Shown here: piece after piece, positions 1 to 10,470 of the stretch
Layout of the letters: every line of letters begins with the position of its first letter
Position numbering within the stretch: position 1 is the stretch's first letter
DNA from: Acidobacteriota bacterium
GTDB taxonomy: Bacteria > Acidobacteriota > Thermoanaerobaculia > Gp7-AA8
Assembly (NCBI GenBank): GCA_019244185.1
Contig: JAFATB010000019.1
Location: 96,001-160,000, forward strand
DNA: 64,000 nucleotides
Reading direction: 5' to 3'
Program-made: the position numbers and the translations under genes
Notes under the pieces: model-generated
Told to the model about the DNA's origin: nothing
What the model saw: the letters and a program-made list of their open reading frames with translations, nothing else
Databases searched by the model: none

Positions 1-774
<774 letters not shown>

Positions 775-1172
775 CCGAAGGTCCGCAAAAGGAACTGTCA
801 GCCGGGATCGCGCTCTTCAACGCCGGTGAGTTCTGGCACGCGCACGAGGCGTGGGAACGCCTGTGGCTCGCCGCGAGCGGCGACGAGAAGCGTTTTCTCC
901 AGGGGCTGATCCAGCTCGCGGCGGCGTATCACCACATGCAGCGCGGCACGTTCCGCGGCGGCGCGCGCCTCTTCCGCGCCGCACTCGAGAAGCTCGCGCC
1001 GTTCCCGGACGGGCATGGCGGCGTCGATCGCGCGGAAGCCGTCGAGGCGGCAGTCCGGCATTGCGCAAGTGCGGAACGCGGCCAGCCGATTGCCGCGGAG
1101 TCGTATCCGAAGCTGCGCTACAATTGAGAGCTCTCACATAGCCCACGGAACGCTCGCAAACCGAGGGGTGGA

Positions 1173-2186
1173 ATGCAGGACATCGATCAACGGGACCGGG
1201 AGCTGTTGTCCGCTCTGCAGGGAGAGATTCCACTCGTTTCCACGCCGTTCGCGTTTCTCGGACAGGCGCTGGACATGTCCGAAAAAGAAGTGATCAAGCG
1301 CACCGAGCGGCTCAAGCGCGACGGCATCGTGCGGCAGCTCTCGGCGCAGTTCGACCCGCGCGCGCTCGGCTATCGCTCGTGTCTCGTGGCCGCGCGCGTC
1401 GCGCCGCAGCGGCTCGAGGAAGCGGCCGCGGCGATCAACGCGCATCCCGGCGTCACGCAGAATTACCGCCGCAACAACGACTTCAATCTCTGGTTCACGC
1501 TGCACGTCGCACCGCAGTCGAAGCTCGGACTGGAAGCGACGATCGCGGTGCTCGGACGCGAGGCGGAATGCGACGTCGTGCGCCCGCTGCCGACGCTGCG
1601 GCAGTACAAGACCACCGACTCGGAGCTCGGCTCCGCGCCGGACGACGAGCACGCGCAGACGACGCAGCTCACGCCGCAGGAGACCGAATGCGTGCGCCTG
1701 CTGCAGCGCGATCTGCCGCTGCAGCCGCGGCCGTTCGATGCGCTCGCGCGCGTCAGCGGCATCGCGGCGGACGAGCTCCTCGCCGCCGCGCGCGCGTTGC
1801 AGAAGCGCGGACAGATCCGCCGCTTCACGGCCACGATTCACTCGCGCAAGAGCGGCTTCGTCGCCACCGCGATGGGCGTCTGGATCGTGCCGAAGGACGA
1901 AGTCGACGACTACGCCGCGAAGCTCGCGCAGCATCGCGCGGTGTCGCACTGCTATCTCCGTCCCGTGTACGACGACTGGCCGTACAACCTCTACACGACG
2001 GTGCACGCGCGGTCGGTCGACGAATGCGAGTCGGTGATCAACGATCTCGCGACCGACGCGGGGCTGCGGCAGAAGCAGGTGCTCTTCCCGGTCAAGGAGT
2101 ACAAGAAGTCGCGGCTCGGCTACTTCGCCCCTGAGGCGGAGGAGTGGGAGAACGCGCACGCCGCGCTCGCCGCGGCCGCCTCGTAA
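1173..2186 (+). CDS. Siroheme decarboxylase AhbA-AhbB fusion (two Lrp/AsnC-like HTH+core units)
   Basis: Two repeats: LQGEIPLVSTPF...HPGVTQNYRR..FNLWFT and LQRDLPLQPRPF...VSHCYLRP..DWPYNLYTTVH. Confidence 0.8.
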   Translation: MQDIDQRDRELLSALQGEIPLVSTPFAFLGQALDMSEKEVIKRTERLKRDGIVRQLSAQFDPRALGYRSCLVAARVAPQRLEEAAAAINAHPGVTQNYRRNNDFNLWFTLHVAPQSKLGLEATIAVLGREAECDVVRPLPTLRQYKTTDSELGSAPDDEHAQTTQLTPQETECVRLLQRDLPLQPRPFDALARVSGIAADELLAAARALQKRGQIRRFTATIHSRKSGFVATAMGVWIVPKDEVDDYAAKLAQHRAVSHCYLRPVYDDWPYNLYTTVHARSVDECESVINDLATDAGLRQKQVLFPVKEYKKSRLGYFAPEAEEWENAHAALAAAAS

Positions 2187-2189
2187 GCG

Positions 2190-2504
2190 TTGTTCGATTC
2201 GGCGCGGCTCCCCGACACGAACGTCCGCCTGCGCGGCGCGGCGTTTCCACCGTTTCTCGGCTTCGTCCTGGCCGAGCTCGCGCTGACGCTCCAGCCGTCG
2301 CTGCAGGCGCGGGAGCCGGCCGCCGTCTTCTGGGCGCTGGCCTCGCTCGTCTCCCTCGGCGCGCTTGCCGGCGCTGTGCTGCTCGTGCGGACGGCGTTCA
2401 CGTCGAAGCTCCGCGGCCGCGCCATCGGCTGGCTGCTCGTCGCAGCGGTCATGGACTACGTCTGCGCGCGCCTGGCCATCGCCATGATCTTTCCGGCGTG
2501 GTGA
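2190..2504 (+). CDS. Small hypothetical membrane protein (about 3 TM)
   Basis: Three hydrophobic segments; TTG start 3 nt after the upstream stop. Confidence 0.5.
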   Translation: MFDSARLPDTNVRLRGAAFPPFLGFVLAELALTLQPSLQAREPAAVFWALASLVSLGALAGAVLLVRTAFTSKLRGRAIGWLLVAAVMDYVCARLAIAMIFPAW

Positions 2505-2710
2505 GCAGAAGATTTTGACGCGTGCGGCGCGCTTCTCTCTCTACGGCCAGGCGGAAGGGCGTCTGCATGGAGCGGCATCCCGGAGGAAATGCCGATGAAT
2601 GACTGGCCGGAGTTCGTGCGGGACGGAGAGGCAGCATGCGCGCCGCGGGCGGCGCGCATGCGGGAACTGACGGGTTGGGAGACGGTGGTGTTCGAGGTCG
2701 CGGATGCGGC

Positions 2711-2938
2711 TCAGGAGCCGGAGGGCGTGCTGCCGTCGTCCGCTTTCTCGACGGCGGCGTTCGCGCCCTGAAAGCCGATCTTCGAGTGCGTGCCGTCGCA
2801 GAACGGCTTGATCGTCGAGCCGCCGCAGCGGCAGAGCGCGCGCTTAGTAATCGGGACTTCGTTGCCGTTGTGATCGACGAGCGTGAACTCGCCGTCGACG
2901 AGGTAGGGACCGTTCTCGCGAATCTTGATGGTGACCAA
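2711..2938 (-). CDS. CDGSH iron-sulfur domain protein
   Basis: NGPYLV...ALCRCGGSTIKPFCDGTH; AGGAG RBS before TTG at 2938. Confidence 0.9.
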   Translation of the reverse strand: MVTIKIRENGPYLVDGEFTLVDHNGNEVPITKRALCRCGGSTIKPFCDGTHSKIGFQGANAAVEKADDGSTPSGS

Positions 2939-2946
2939 TGGCTCTC

Positions 2947-3309
2947 CTAGAAAATCGGATTCTCGGCTTTGTGCTCGAAGTTCCACTTGTACACGTAGCC
3001 GGGGAACTGCACGGGAACGGTGTACTTCACGTCGACGCGGATCATGCTGTTGCGCCGTTCGATGACGACGTCGTCGTCGGTGATCGGCAGCTCGAGCTCG
3101 TGCGCCTTGTCCATGATCGCCGCGTGGATGGCGCGGTCGTCGTGGAGGCCGGCGGACTTTGCCTCGTCGACGACGGTGTCGCGCATGTCGGCCGCTTTCA
3201 CCTTGACGGGGATCATCTTGTAGGCGACGAGACCGGCGATGAGGAGGAGGACGAGACCGACCAGACAGCCGAAGTTTCCCTCTCCCCGTTCACTGCGCTT
3301 CCGCATCAT
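2947..3309 (-). CDS. DUF4845-like single-TM, pilin-like protein
   Basis: N-terminal ERGEG + hydrophobic helix; GGAGG RBS; directly downstream of lepB, as DUF4845 genes often are. Confidence 0.6.
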   Translation of the reverse strand: MMRKRSERGEGNFGCLVGLVLLLIAGLVAYKMIPVKVKAADMRDTVVDEAKSAGLHDDRAIHAAIMDKAHELELPITDDDVVIERRNSMIRVDVKYTVPVQFPGYVYKWNFEHKAENPIF

Positions 3310-3345
3310 GCGACCTCCACTGTTCCTCTCGCGCAGAGTAGCAGT

Positions 3346-3933
3346 TCAGTCGAGCCATTTGAAGAGACGCAGCCCGCGATGCGCGCGCGCGTCGGGCGCC
3401 GCATGCTGCGGCGTCGAGGCGTTCGCTTCCGCGCCGGCCTCCAGCGTCGACGACCAGAGGATGAGGCGCGCGCGTCCGACGATCCGCTCGCGCGGCACGA
3501 CGCCCCAGCTGCGGCTGTCGAGCGAGTCGTCGCGGTTGTCGCCCATGACAAAGTACGAGTCGGCGGGGATGAGCTGCGTCTGGATCGCGCCGCTCGCGGC
3601 TTGGCGCAGCACGTACGGCTCGGAAAGCGTGTGGCCGCCGATGCGCACGCGTCCTTCGCGGCTGTCGACGAGATCGCCCGGCACGGCGATGACGCGCTTG
3701 ACCAGCAGCTCGTCTTCGGCGAGCGGCGAGTGGAAGACGATGATGTGGCCGCGCTCGGGCTTGCTGTCGAAGTAGCGGAAGACGACGATCTGATCGCCGG
3801 ACTCGAGCGTCGGCTGCATCGATGCCGAGGGAATCGCGTAGATGTGCGCGACCGCGCGGACGGCCACCGCGAGCCCGATCGCAATCGCGAGCGGCTCGAG
3901 GATCGTGCGCAGCAGGGACTTCGATCGCGGCAT
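3346..3933 (-). CDS. lepB: Signal peptidase I
   Basis: IPSASMQPTL (catalytic Ser), LVKRVIA (catalytic Lys), MGDNRDDSLDSRSWG. Confidence 0.93.
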   Translation of the reverse strand: MPRSKSLLRTILEPLAIAIGLAVAVRAVAHIYAIPSASMQPTLESGDQIVVFRYFDSKPERGHIIVFHSPLAEDELLVKRVIAVPGDLVDSREGRVRIGGHTLSEPYVLRQAASGAIQTQLIPADSYFVMGDNRDDSLDSRSWGVVPRERIVGRARLILWSSTLEAGAEANASTPQHAAPDARAHRGLRLFKWLD

Positions 3934-3992
3934 GGCGCGGAGTTACAACGAATCGTCACCTGCGAAAGTTCCGCCTGCCGGCGAGAGCGCGC

Positions 3993-5663
3993 TCAGCGCG
4001 TCGCGGCGTGGAACGTGTCGCTCGCCGTGCGTTTCGGCGACGGCGCATTGCCGTGCACGGTCTTCACCGCGAACACCGGCATCTTCTGCTGCAAGCCCTT
4101 GAGCGCGAACTCGCCGAGCGGCTCGATCTCGAAGTTGCCGATGACGCGGTCGAGCGTGTGCTGCGAGATGACGAGCTGGCCCGGCTTGGCCACGCCGCTC
4201 TCGAGGCGCGAGGCGATGTTCACCGAGCTGCCGAGGACCGTGTAGTCGACGCGCTTCTCCGTGCCGACGTTGCCGACGACGGCGGCGCCGCTGTTGATGC
4301 CGACGCGGATGCGCACGACGGGGAGGTTCTCGCGCTCGCGCTCCGCGTTCCACTCCGCGATGCGCTCCTGCATCATGAGGCCGGCCATGATCGCGCGGTC
4401 GGCGTGATCGTCCTGCGGGATCGGCGCGCCGAAGAACGCCATCACCGCGTCGCCGATGAATTTGTCGAGCGTTCCGCCGTACGCGAAGATCGCGTCCACC
4501 GCCGCGGAGAAGAAGTTCGACAGAAACGCCGCCACTTCTTCGGGCGCCTTCGTCTCGGACACCGTCGTGAAGCCGGAGATGTCGGCGAAGAGGATCGACA
4601 CTTCCGCGGTGCGGATCGCCGTCTCGTCCGCGGCGACGACGCCCTTCACGATCTCGTCGATGACCGCGGGCGAGTGATAGCGCTCCATCTTCGAGCGGAT
4701 CTTCCGCTCCTGTTCGATCTTCTCGGAGAGCTGCGCGCGCTCGATCGCGACGGCCGCGAAGTTCGCGAGCGCGGTGAGCAGGTCGAGGTCTTCTTCGGTG
4801 AAGCGGCCGATGTGGATCGGCGAGTCGACCTGCACGGCGCCGATGACGCGCTGGCGGTTCCAAAGCGGCACGCACATCGCGGAGCGGATGCCGTGGATGG
4901 CGATCGACTTGCCGCCGAGGAGTCGCGCGTCTTCGAGCGCGTTCGAGGTCATCAGCGCGACCTGCTGCTCGGCGACCATCTTGAGGATCGTGCGCGAGAT
5001 CGGGATGTCGTGCGCGTCGGCGCCTTCGATGAACTTCGTCAGCTTCGGCACCGGATTGCCGCTCTCGTCGAAGAGGATGATCAGCCCGCGCTCGACCGGC
5101 AGGTACTTGAAGATCATGTCCATGACGATGTGCAGCAGCGCCTGCAGCTCTTCGGTCTGCAGCAGCGAGCGCGCGACCTGCACGAGCACCTGGAAGATCT
5201 TCTCGCGCGTCACTGACGGCTCGGGCTTGAAGCCGGGCTCGGAGAGCGGACGCGCGGCGGCGGCCTCCTGCACTTCCGAGAGATCGAGGCCGAACTCGGA
5301 GTTGAAATCGGAGATGCGGCGGATGACGGTGCCCGACGGGTTGTCGAACATCGATTCGCCGGTGAACTCGACCGACGGCATCGTCTTCACGTCGAGCTGC
5401 ACGCTGCCGATGAGGATCTTGTCGCCGGCGTTGATCTGCGACTCGGAGATGAGGTTGCCGTTGACCTTCACGCCGTTGGTCGACTTGAGGTCGATGATCC
5501 ACCACGCGTCGTGCCGCGCCTCGACGCGCGCGTGCCGGCGCGAGACGGAAGGGTGGTTGAGCACCAGATCGTTTCCTTCCGTGCGGCCGATCGACATGTC
5601 CTCCTTCAGATCGGTCACGCGCGGTACGCCGAGATCGACGTAGTGGATCTGGAGCTGGTCCAT
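3993..5663 (-). CDS. FHA-GAF-class III adenylate/guanylate cyclase
   Basis: FHA (IGR..NDL...SVSRRHA..DLKSTNG), GAF (SAMCVPL), cyclase (LFADISGFT, DKFIGDAVMA, VNIASRLE). Confidence 0.92.
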   Translation of the reverse strand: MDQLQIHYVDLGVPRVTDLKEDMSIGRTEGNDLVLNHPSVSRRHARVEARHDAWWIIDLKSTNGVKVNGNLISESQINAGDKILIGSVQLDVKTMPSVEFTGESMFDNPSGTVIRRISDFNSEFGLDLSEVQEAAAARPLSEPGFKPEPSVTREKIFQVLVQVARSLLQTEELQALLHIVMDMIFKYLPVERGLIILFDESGNPVPKLTKFIEGADAHDIPISRTILKMVAEQQVALMTSNALEDARLLGGKSIAIHGIRSAMCVPLWNRQRVIGAVQVDSPIHIGRFTEEDLDLLTALANFAAVAIERAQLSEKIEQERKIRSKMERYHSPAVIDEIVKGVVAADETAIRTAEVSILFADISGFTTVSETKAPEEVAAFLSNFFSAAVDAIFAYGGTLDKFIGDAVMAFFGAPIPQDDHADRAIMAGLMMQERIAEWNAERERENLPVVRIRVGINSGAAVVGNVGTEKRVDYTVLGSSVNIASRLESGVAKPGQLVISQHTLDRVIGNFEIEPLGEFALKGLQQKMPVFAVKTVHGNAPSPKRTASDTFHAATR

Positions 5664-5674
5664 GTGAGCGTCCG

Positions 5675-5704
5675 ATTATAGCGGCTCGCGGACGCGGGTA
5701 TAAT
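5675..5704. promoter_or_regulatory. Back-to-back divergent -10 boxes (TATAAT on both strands)
   Basis: TATAAT at 5675-5680 (-) and 5699-5704 (+), between the divergent cyclase and PP2C genes. Confidence 0.6.
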
Positions 5705-5736
5705 GGCGGCTCCGCGTACAGTCGGATAGCTTCGCT

Positions 5737-6939
5737 ATGAGCGAGCAAGCATCGTCCACTCCATCCTCCGCGTCCTCGCAACGACGCCTCGTGGTTCGGG
5801 CCGCGTTACGGACGGACGTAGGTCTGGTGCGCTCGGAAAATCAGGATTTCGGCACCTACACCACGCCGGAAGAAGAGAAAGAAAGCCATCCGGGCGGACG
5901 TCTGCTCATCGTCGCCGACGGCATGGGCGGTCATCGCGGCGGCGCCACCGCCTCGCGCCTCGCCGCCGAAACCGTCAAAGCCCAATTCCTCGGCAGCGAG
6001 ACGCGCGACATCGCCACCGCGCTGCGGCAGTCGCTCGCGCGCGCGAACTCGCGCATCTACACCGAGGCGCAGTCGAATCCGGAGCTGCGCGGCATGGGCA
6101 CGACGACGTCCGCGCTCGCGGTGCGCAACGGCAAAGGCTGGCTCGCGCACGTCGGCGACTCGCGCATCTATCGCGTGCGTGACGGCGCGATTGAGCAGCT
6201 GACCGAAGACCACTCGCTCGTCGCCAGCATGGTGCGCGAGGGGCTGCTGACGCCGGCCGAAGCGGAGACGCATCCGCGCCGCAACGTGCTGCAGCGCTCG
6301 ATGGGCGTGGCCGAGGACGTCGACATCGACGTGCGCGGCCCGATCGAGTTGCGCGAAGGCGACACCTTCATCCTCTGCAGCGACGGCCTGCATGGACTAG
6401 TGAAAGAGCCGGAGCTGCGGGAGATCGCCGCGCTGCCGATCGAGAATGCCGCGGAAGAGTTCCTCAAACGCGCGCTCGACCGCGGCGCGCCCGACAACGT
6501 GACGGTGATCGTCGCGCGCGTCGAGGCTAGCGACGATCCGGGCGACGAGACGCTGCTCGATCACGACGACCCGATCGACGAGACGCAGAAGCTCTCGCTC
6601 GCCGATCACCAGCTCTACGACGAGACGCAGCGCGAGATCACGCAGAAGCTCGCCACCGCGGACACGACGAAAGTGGCGGCGCTCGCCGACACGCAGAAGA
6701 TGGTCGCGGTCAGCGTTCCGCCGCCGGCGCCGAAGCCGATCGCGCCGACGCTGGAGCTGCCGGTCGAAGACGCGGTGGACGCCGCGCCTGCACCGGCGAC
6801 GGCCGCGCCGCAGGGCGGCACAAGTCCGGTGCTGAAGTGGGCGCTCGTCGCCGTCCTCGCCCTCGGCGCCGCCGGCGCGTGGTTCTACTGGAATCATCAG
6901 CAGAGCCTTCCCGCCGCCGCGCAACCCGCCGCCCGTTAG
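5737..6939 (+). CDS. PP2C/Stp1-type Ser/Thr phosphatase with Thr-repeat tail and C-terminal TM
   Basis: TDVGLVRSENQD, VADGMGGH, HVGDSR, LCSDGL, GAPDNVT; TM WALVAVLALGAAGAWFYW. Confidence 0.92.
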   Translation: MSEQASSTPSSASSQRRLVVRAALRTDVGLVRSENQDFGTYTTPEEEKESHPGGRLLIVADGMGGHRGGATASRLAAETVKAQFLGSETRDIATALRQSLARANSRIYTEAQSNPELRGMGTTTSALAVRNGKGWLAHVGDSRIYRVRDGAIEQLTEDHSLVASMVREGLLTPAEAETHPRRNVLQRSMGVAEDVDIDVRGPIELREGDTFILCSDGLHGLVKEPELREIAALPIENAAEEFLKRALDRGAPDNVTVIVARVEASDDPGDETLLDHDDPIDETQKLSLADHQLYDETQREITQKLATADTTKVAALADTQKMVAVSVPPPAPKPIAPTLELPVEDAVDAAPAPATAAPQGGTSPVLKWALVAVLALGAAGAWFYWNHQQSLPAAAQPAAR

Positions 6940-6942
6940 CTC

Positions 6943-8574
6943 ATGTCCCGCCCCCGGATCCTCCTCGCCGGCGTACTCCTGCTGCTCCTCGCCTGCAAAC
7001 GCGACGTCTCGAAGCTCGACGACGTGCAGAAGATGGCGTACGCGGTGAAGCCGGCGGTCGTGCGCATCAGCGCGTACGCGACGGCGCAGTTCCGCTATCC
7101 CGCGTCCGCGATCGCGCGCATCGAACAGCAACTGCGCGCCGACAAACACGAGTTGCGCGCGCGCGACGTCTCCGGCGCCGAGCTGGTCGCCGACACCGGC
7201 GCCGGCGGCTCGGGCAGCGGCTTTCTCGTGCATCCCGACGGCGTGATTCTGACGAGCGGCCACGTCGTGGCGCCGACGCGCGACGAAGACGCGCTCGCGC
7301 GCGAGCTGCGCCGCAACGGCGCGATCGCCGCGCTCGTGCGCCACTTCCCCGTCGACACGCTGCGCACGATCTACCGCGACGAAGAGCTCGACCGCTACCT
7401 CGTGCCGCTCGCCGCGGCGGGACGCATCGAGCAGACGAAGGTCGTCAATCAGGTCGAGCTCTCGAACGGCGAGACGCTGCCGTTCCGCATCCGCCGCTTC
7501 TCGCCGGCCCTCTACGCGCGCGGCGACGATCTCGCGGTGCTGCAGATCGATCGCAAGGCGCTGCCGTCGCTGCCGCTCGGCGACTCGGAAGCGACACGTG
7601 TCGGCGAGTCGATCTGGTCGGTCGGTTATCCCGCCGTCGCGAGCAGCAGCGACGACGTCATCGGCGGCTGGCTCTCGCGCGACAGCGATCTCGAGGCGAC
7701 GTTCAATCCGGGGACGATCACGGCGATCAAACGCAACGTCGCGAACGTGCCCGTCTTCCAGTCGAACGTTGCGATCTATCGCGGCAACTCCGGCGGACCG
7801 GCGGTGAACCGCGACGGCGAAGTCATCGGCGTGTCGACGTGGGGACACACGAACGCCGAGCAGATCAAGTTCCTCGTCCCGGTCAACGTCGCGAAGCAGT
7901 TTCTCGCCGCCGCGGGCGTGACGCCGTCGACGGAAGGCGCATTCAACGAGCATTACCGCGCCGCGCTCGAAGCCGCGGGCAACGGGCGGTGGGTGGACGC
8001 GAAGCGCGAGCTCGAGCGCGCGGCGCCGCTCTTCCGCAACTCGCCGGAGCTCATTCGTTTCGGCCGCGACGCGAACCGCGCCATCGCCGCGATGCCGGCG
8101 TGGCGGCGGCATCCGTACGCGGCGCTTGCCATCGTGCTCGCGTTCGTCGCCGGTCTCATCACCGCGCTCGTGGCCGCGCGTCGCGCGCGCACGCCGCGGT
8201 TCCCGCCGGACGTGCTGAAAGCGGCGACGATCGAGACCGTCGTCGCGCCGACCGGCGTGCTCTCTTCGCACGCGGCGCTCGGCCGTTTTACGATCCTCAA
8301 CGGCACGCGCGCGGGCGAGAAGCTCGGCCTCGGCGGCTCGGGCATCCGCATCGGGCGCGAATCGACAATTTGTGAGATCGTATTGGAGAATCCGAAGGTG
8401 TCGCGGCTCCACGCGGAAGTGGTTTCGATCGACGGCAAGGTCCTGCTGATCGACCGGAATTCCTCGAACGGCACGTACGTCAACGACCAGAAGATCGACA
8501 AGCGATTCCTCAAGGACGGCGACATCATCTACTTCGGCGGCCGCAACGCCGTCGCGGTGGCGTTTCACGCGTGA
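6943..8574 (+). CDS. Lipoprotein trypsin-like serine protease with TM and C-terminal FHA
   Basis: Lipobox LLLAC; triad LTSGHVV / DDLAVL / GNSGGP; TM YAALAIVLAFVAGLITALV; FHA IGR..VSRLHA..SSNGT. Confidence 0.88.
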   Translation: MSRPRILLAGVLLLLLACKRDVSKLDDVQKMAYAVKPAVVRISAYATAQFRYPASAIARIEQQLRADKHELRARDVSGAELVADTGAGGSGSGFLVHPDGVILTSGHVVAPTRDEDALARELRRNGAIAALVRHFPVDTLRTIYRDEELDRYLVPLAAAGRIEQTKVVNQVELSNGETLPFRIRRFSPALYARGDDLAVLQIDRKALPSLPLGDSEATRVGESIWSVGYPAVASSSDDVIGGWLSRDSDLEATFNPGTITAIKRNVANVPVFQSNVAIYRGNSGGPAVNRDGEVIGVSTWGHTNAEQIKFLVPVNVAKQFLAAAGVTPSTEGAFNEHYRAALEAAGNGRWVDAKRELERAAPLFRNSPELIRFGRDANRAIAAMPAWRRHPYAALAIVLAFVAGLITALVAARRARTPRFPPDVLKAATIETVVAPTGVLSSHAALGRFTILNGTRAGEKLGLGGSGIRIGRESTICEIVLENPKVSRLHAEVVSIDGKVLLIDRNSSNGTYVNDQKIDKRFLKDGDIIYFGGRNAVAVAFHA

Positions 8575-8600
8575 GGCTGTGAATCTGGAGAGGGTGGATC

Positions 8601-9230
8601 GTGGCTGACAAGCGATGTGAGAACGGGCACTTCATCGACGAGTCCTGGGATCTCTGTCCTTACTGTCCGCAGGATGCCAGCGAGCCCGAGATCCCGGTGG
8701 TGCGCCCGCGTGCGGCCGAGCTCTCGCCGCGCGCCGTCGCGTCCGCCGCGGCTCCGGCGCCCGACGCCGCGCCACGGCGCGTAACGTCGAGCGGGTCCGC
8801 CGCCGCCGTCGCGTCACCTCCGCCGCAGCAGCAGATCGAGCGAACCGTGGCCTCGCGTTTGGAAGCGGGCGCGCAGCAGAAGCGCTACGTCGTCGGCTGG
8901 CTGATCGGCCTCAACGGCGCGTCGCGCGGCGAGTCGTTCCCCGTGCGCATGGGACGCAACGTCATCGGCCGCGACCGGCGCTCCGACATCGTGATCGCGG
9001 ACGATCAGGCGTCGTCGCACCACGCCGATCTCGTCTTTCGTCCCGAGGAGCGGCGGTACATCCTCATGGACCACAACTCGACCAACGGCACGTACGTGAA
9101 CGAGGCCGAGATCGAGCCGCGGCGCGATCTCATCGGCAAGGACGTCGTGCGCATCGGCTCGCACCGCTTCGTCTTCATGCCGCTCTGCCACGACGGCTTC
9201 TACTGGGATGACGAGGGCCTGCTGCAATGA
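8601..9230 (+). CDS. Zinc-ribbon + FHA domain protein
   Basis: CENGH...CPYC N-terminus; FHA IGRD..ASSHHA..STNGT; GGAG upstream. Confidence 0.88.
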   Translation: MADKRCENGHFIDESWDLCPYCPQDASEPEIPVVRPRAAELSPRAVASAAAPAPDAAPRRVTSSGSAAAVASPPPQQQIERTVASRLEAGAQQKRYVVGWLIGLNGASRGESFPVRMGRNVIGRDRRSDIVIADDQASSHHADLVFRPEERRYILMDHNSTNGTYVNEAEIEPRRDLIGKDVVRIGSHRFVFMPLCHDGFYWDDEGLLQ

Positions 9231-10462
9231 TCGGCAGTCTCACGGGCAACACGATCGGCAACTACCGCATCGACCGCGAGATCGGCGAAGGCGGCATGAG
9301 CCACGTCTACGTCGGGCGCACCGTCGCCGCGACGGACGTGCTCCCCGAGGATTACCAGGTCGTCCTGAAGGTGATGTCGGACGAGCTCGCGGGCGACCTC
9401 ACCGCGCGCAAGCGCTTCATCAAGGAAGCGTCGATCCTCTCGAAGCTGCGCCACCGTTACATCACGCGCTTCTACGAGTTCATCAACAACGCGGACGGCG
9501 CGGTGCTGGTGATGGAGTTCGTCGAGGGAACGCCGGTCGACGTGCTGCTCTCCGAGCGCGGCGCGCTGCCGGTCAACGACGCGATCAACACCGCGCAGTG
9601 CCTGCTCGAGGCGCTCGTCTACGCGCACGGCAAAGGCATCGTGCATCGCGACATCAAGCCGGCGAACCTCATCCGCGAAGCGAGCGGCGTCGTGAAGGTG
9701 ACGGACTTCGGCATCGCCAAGATCAAAGAAGGCGCGGGCACGCCCGGTTCGACCGTGCTCACGAAGTCGGGCTTTCTCCTCGGCACGCCGCACTACATGT
9801 CGCCCGAGCAGATCCGCGAGCCGAAGGACGCGGGCGCGAAGAGCGACGTCTACTCCGCGGGCGTCGTGCTGTACGAGATGCTCACCGGCGCGCTGCCGTT
9901 CAACAGCCGCTCGCTGCCGAAGCTGATCGACGCGATCTATCGCGGCGAGAAGCAGCCGCCGAGCGCGCTGCGTCCCGAGGTCGGCAAAGAGCTCGAGCAG
10001 ATCGTGATCAAGGCGATGCAGCCGCGCGCCGACCAGCGCTACGAGACCGCGCGCGAGTTCTTCGAGGCGCTCGAGGAGTACACCGCGCGGCAGCCGATCG
10101 GCATCACCGCGCGCCACGCCGCCGCGCCGCCCGAGCCGCCCCCCCCGCCCGCCGTCGAAGCGGCGAAGCATTGGGCGCTCGTGAACGTGAAACCCGAGGC
10201 GAACGAGAAGCACGCCATCCTCGGCGACAGCGTGATGGTCGGCCGCGACCGCACCTGCTCGATCGTGCTCGCGCATCCGGCCGTGTCGCGCCGCCACGCG
10301 CGCATCACCCTCGGCGGCGCCGCGCCGGTGCTCGAGGACCTGCAGTCCGCGAATGGAACGTACGTCAACAACGCGCGCATCGAGCGCGCGGTGCTCAAGC
10401 CGGGCGACATCGTCCGCTTCGGCGCCGACCCGTCGTGCAGTTACGTGTTGCGAGACCACTAG
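9227..10462 (+). CDS. Hanks-type Ser/Thr kinase with C-terminal FHA
   Basis: GEGGMS, VVLK, HRDIKPAN, DFG, GTPHYMSPE; FHA VGRD..VSRRHA..SANGT. Confidence 0.93.
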   Translation: MIGSLTGNTIGNYRIDREIGEGGMSHVYVGRTVAATDVLPEDYQVVLKVMSDELAGDLTARKRFIKEASILSKLRHRYITRFYEFINNADGAVLVMEFVEGTPVDVLLSERGALPVNDAINTAQCLLEALVYAHGKGIVHRDIKPANLIREASGVVKVTDFGIAKIKEGAGTPGSTVLTKSGFLLGTPHYMSPEQIREPKDAGAKSDVYSAGVVLYEMLTGALPFNSRSLPKLIDAIYRGEKQPPSALRPEVGKELEQIVIKAMQPRADQRYETAREFFEALEEYTARQPIGITARHAAAPPEPPPPPAVEAAKHWALVNVKPEANEKHAILGDSVMVGRDRTCSIVLAHPAVSRRHARITLGGAAPVLEDLQSANGTYVNNARIERAVLKPGDIVRFGADPSCSYVLRDH

Positions 10463-10470
10463 GTGAGCTC

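Noticed and set aside
2589-2771. 60-aa ORF with GGAGGA upstream
   Set aside because: Overlaps the CDGSH gene antisense, runs through a hairpin and has no recognisable motif; not excluded but unsupported.
9208-10470. N-terminal 421 aa of the 1042-aa ORF
   Set aside because: Off-frame overlap with the kinase-FHA gene; the real kinase starts at ATG 10471.
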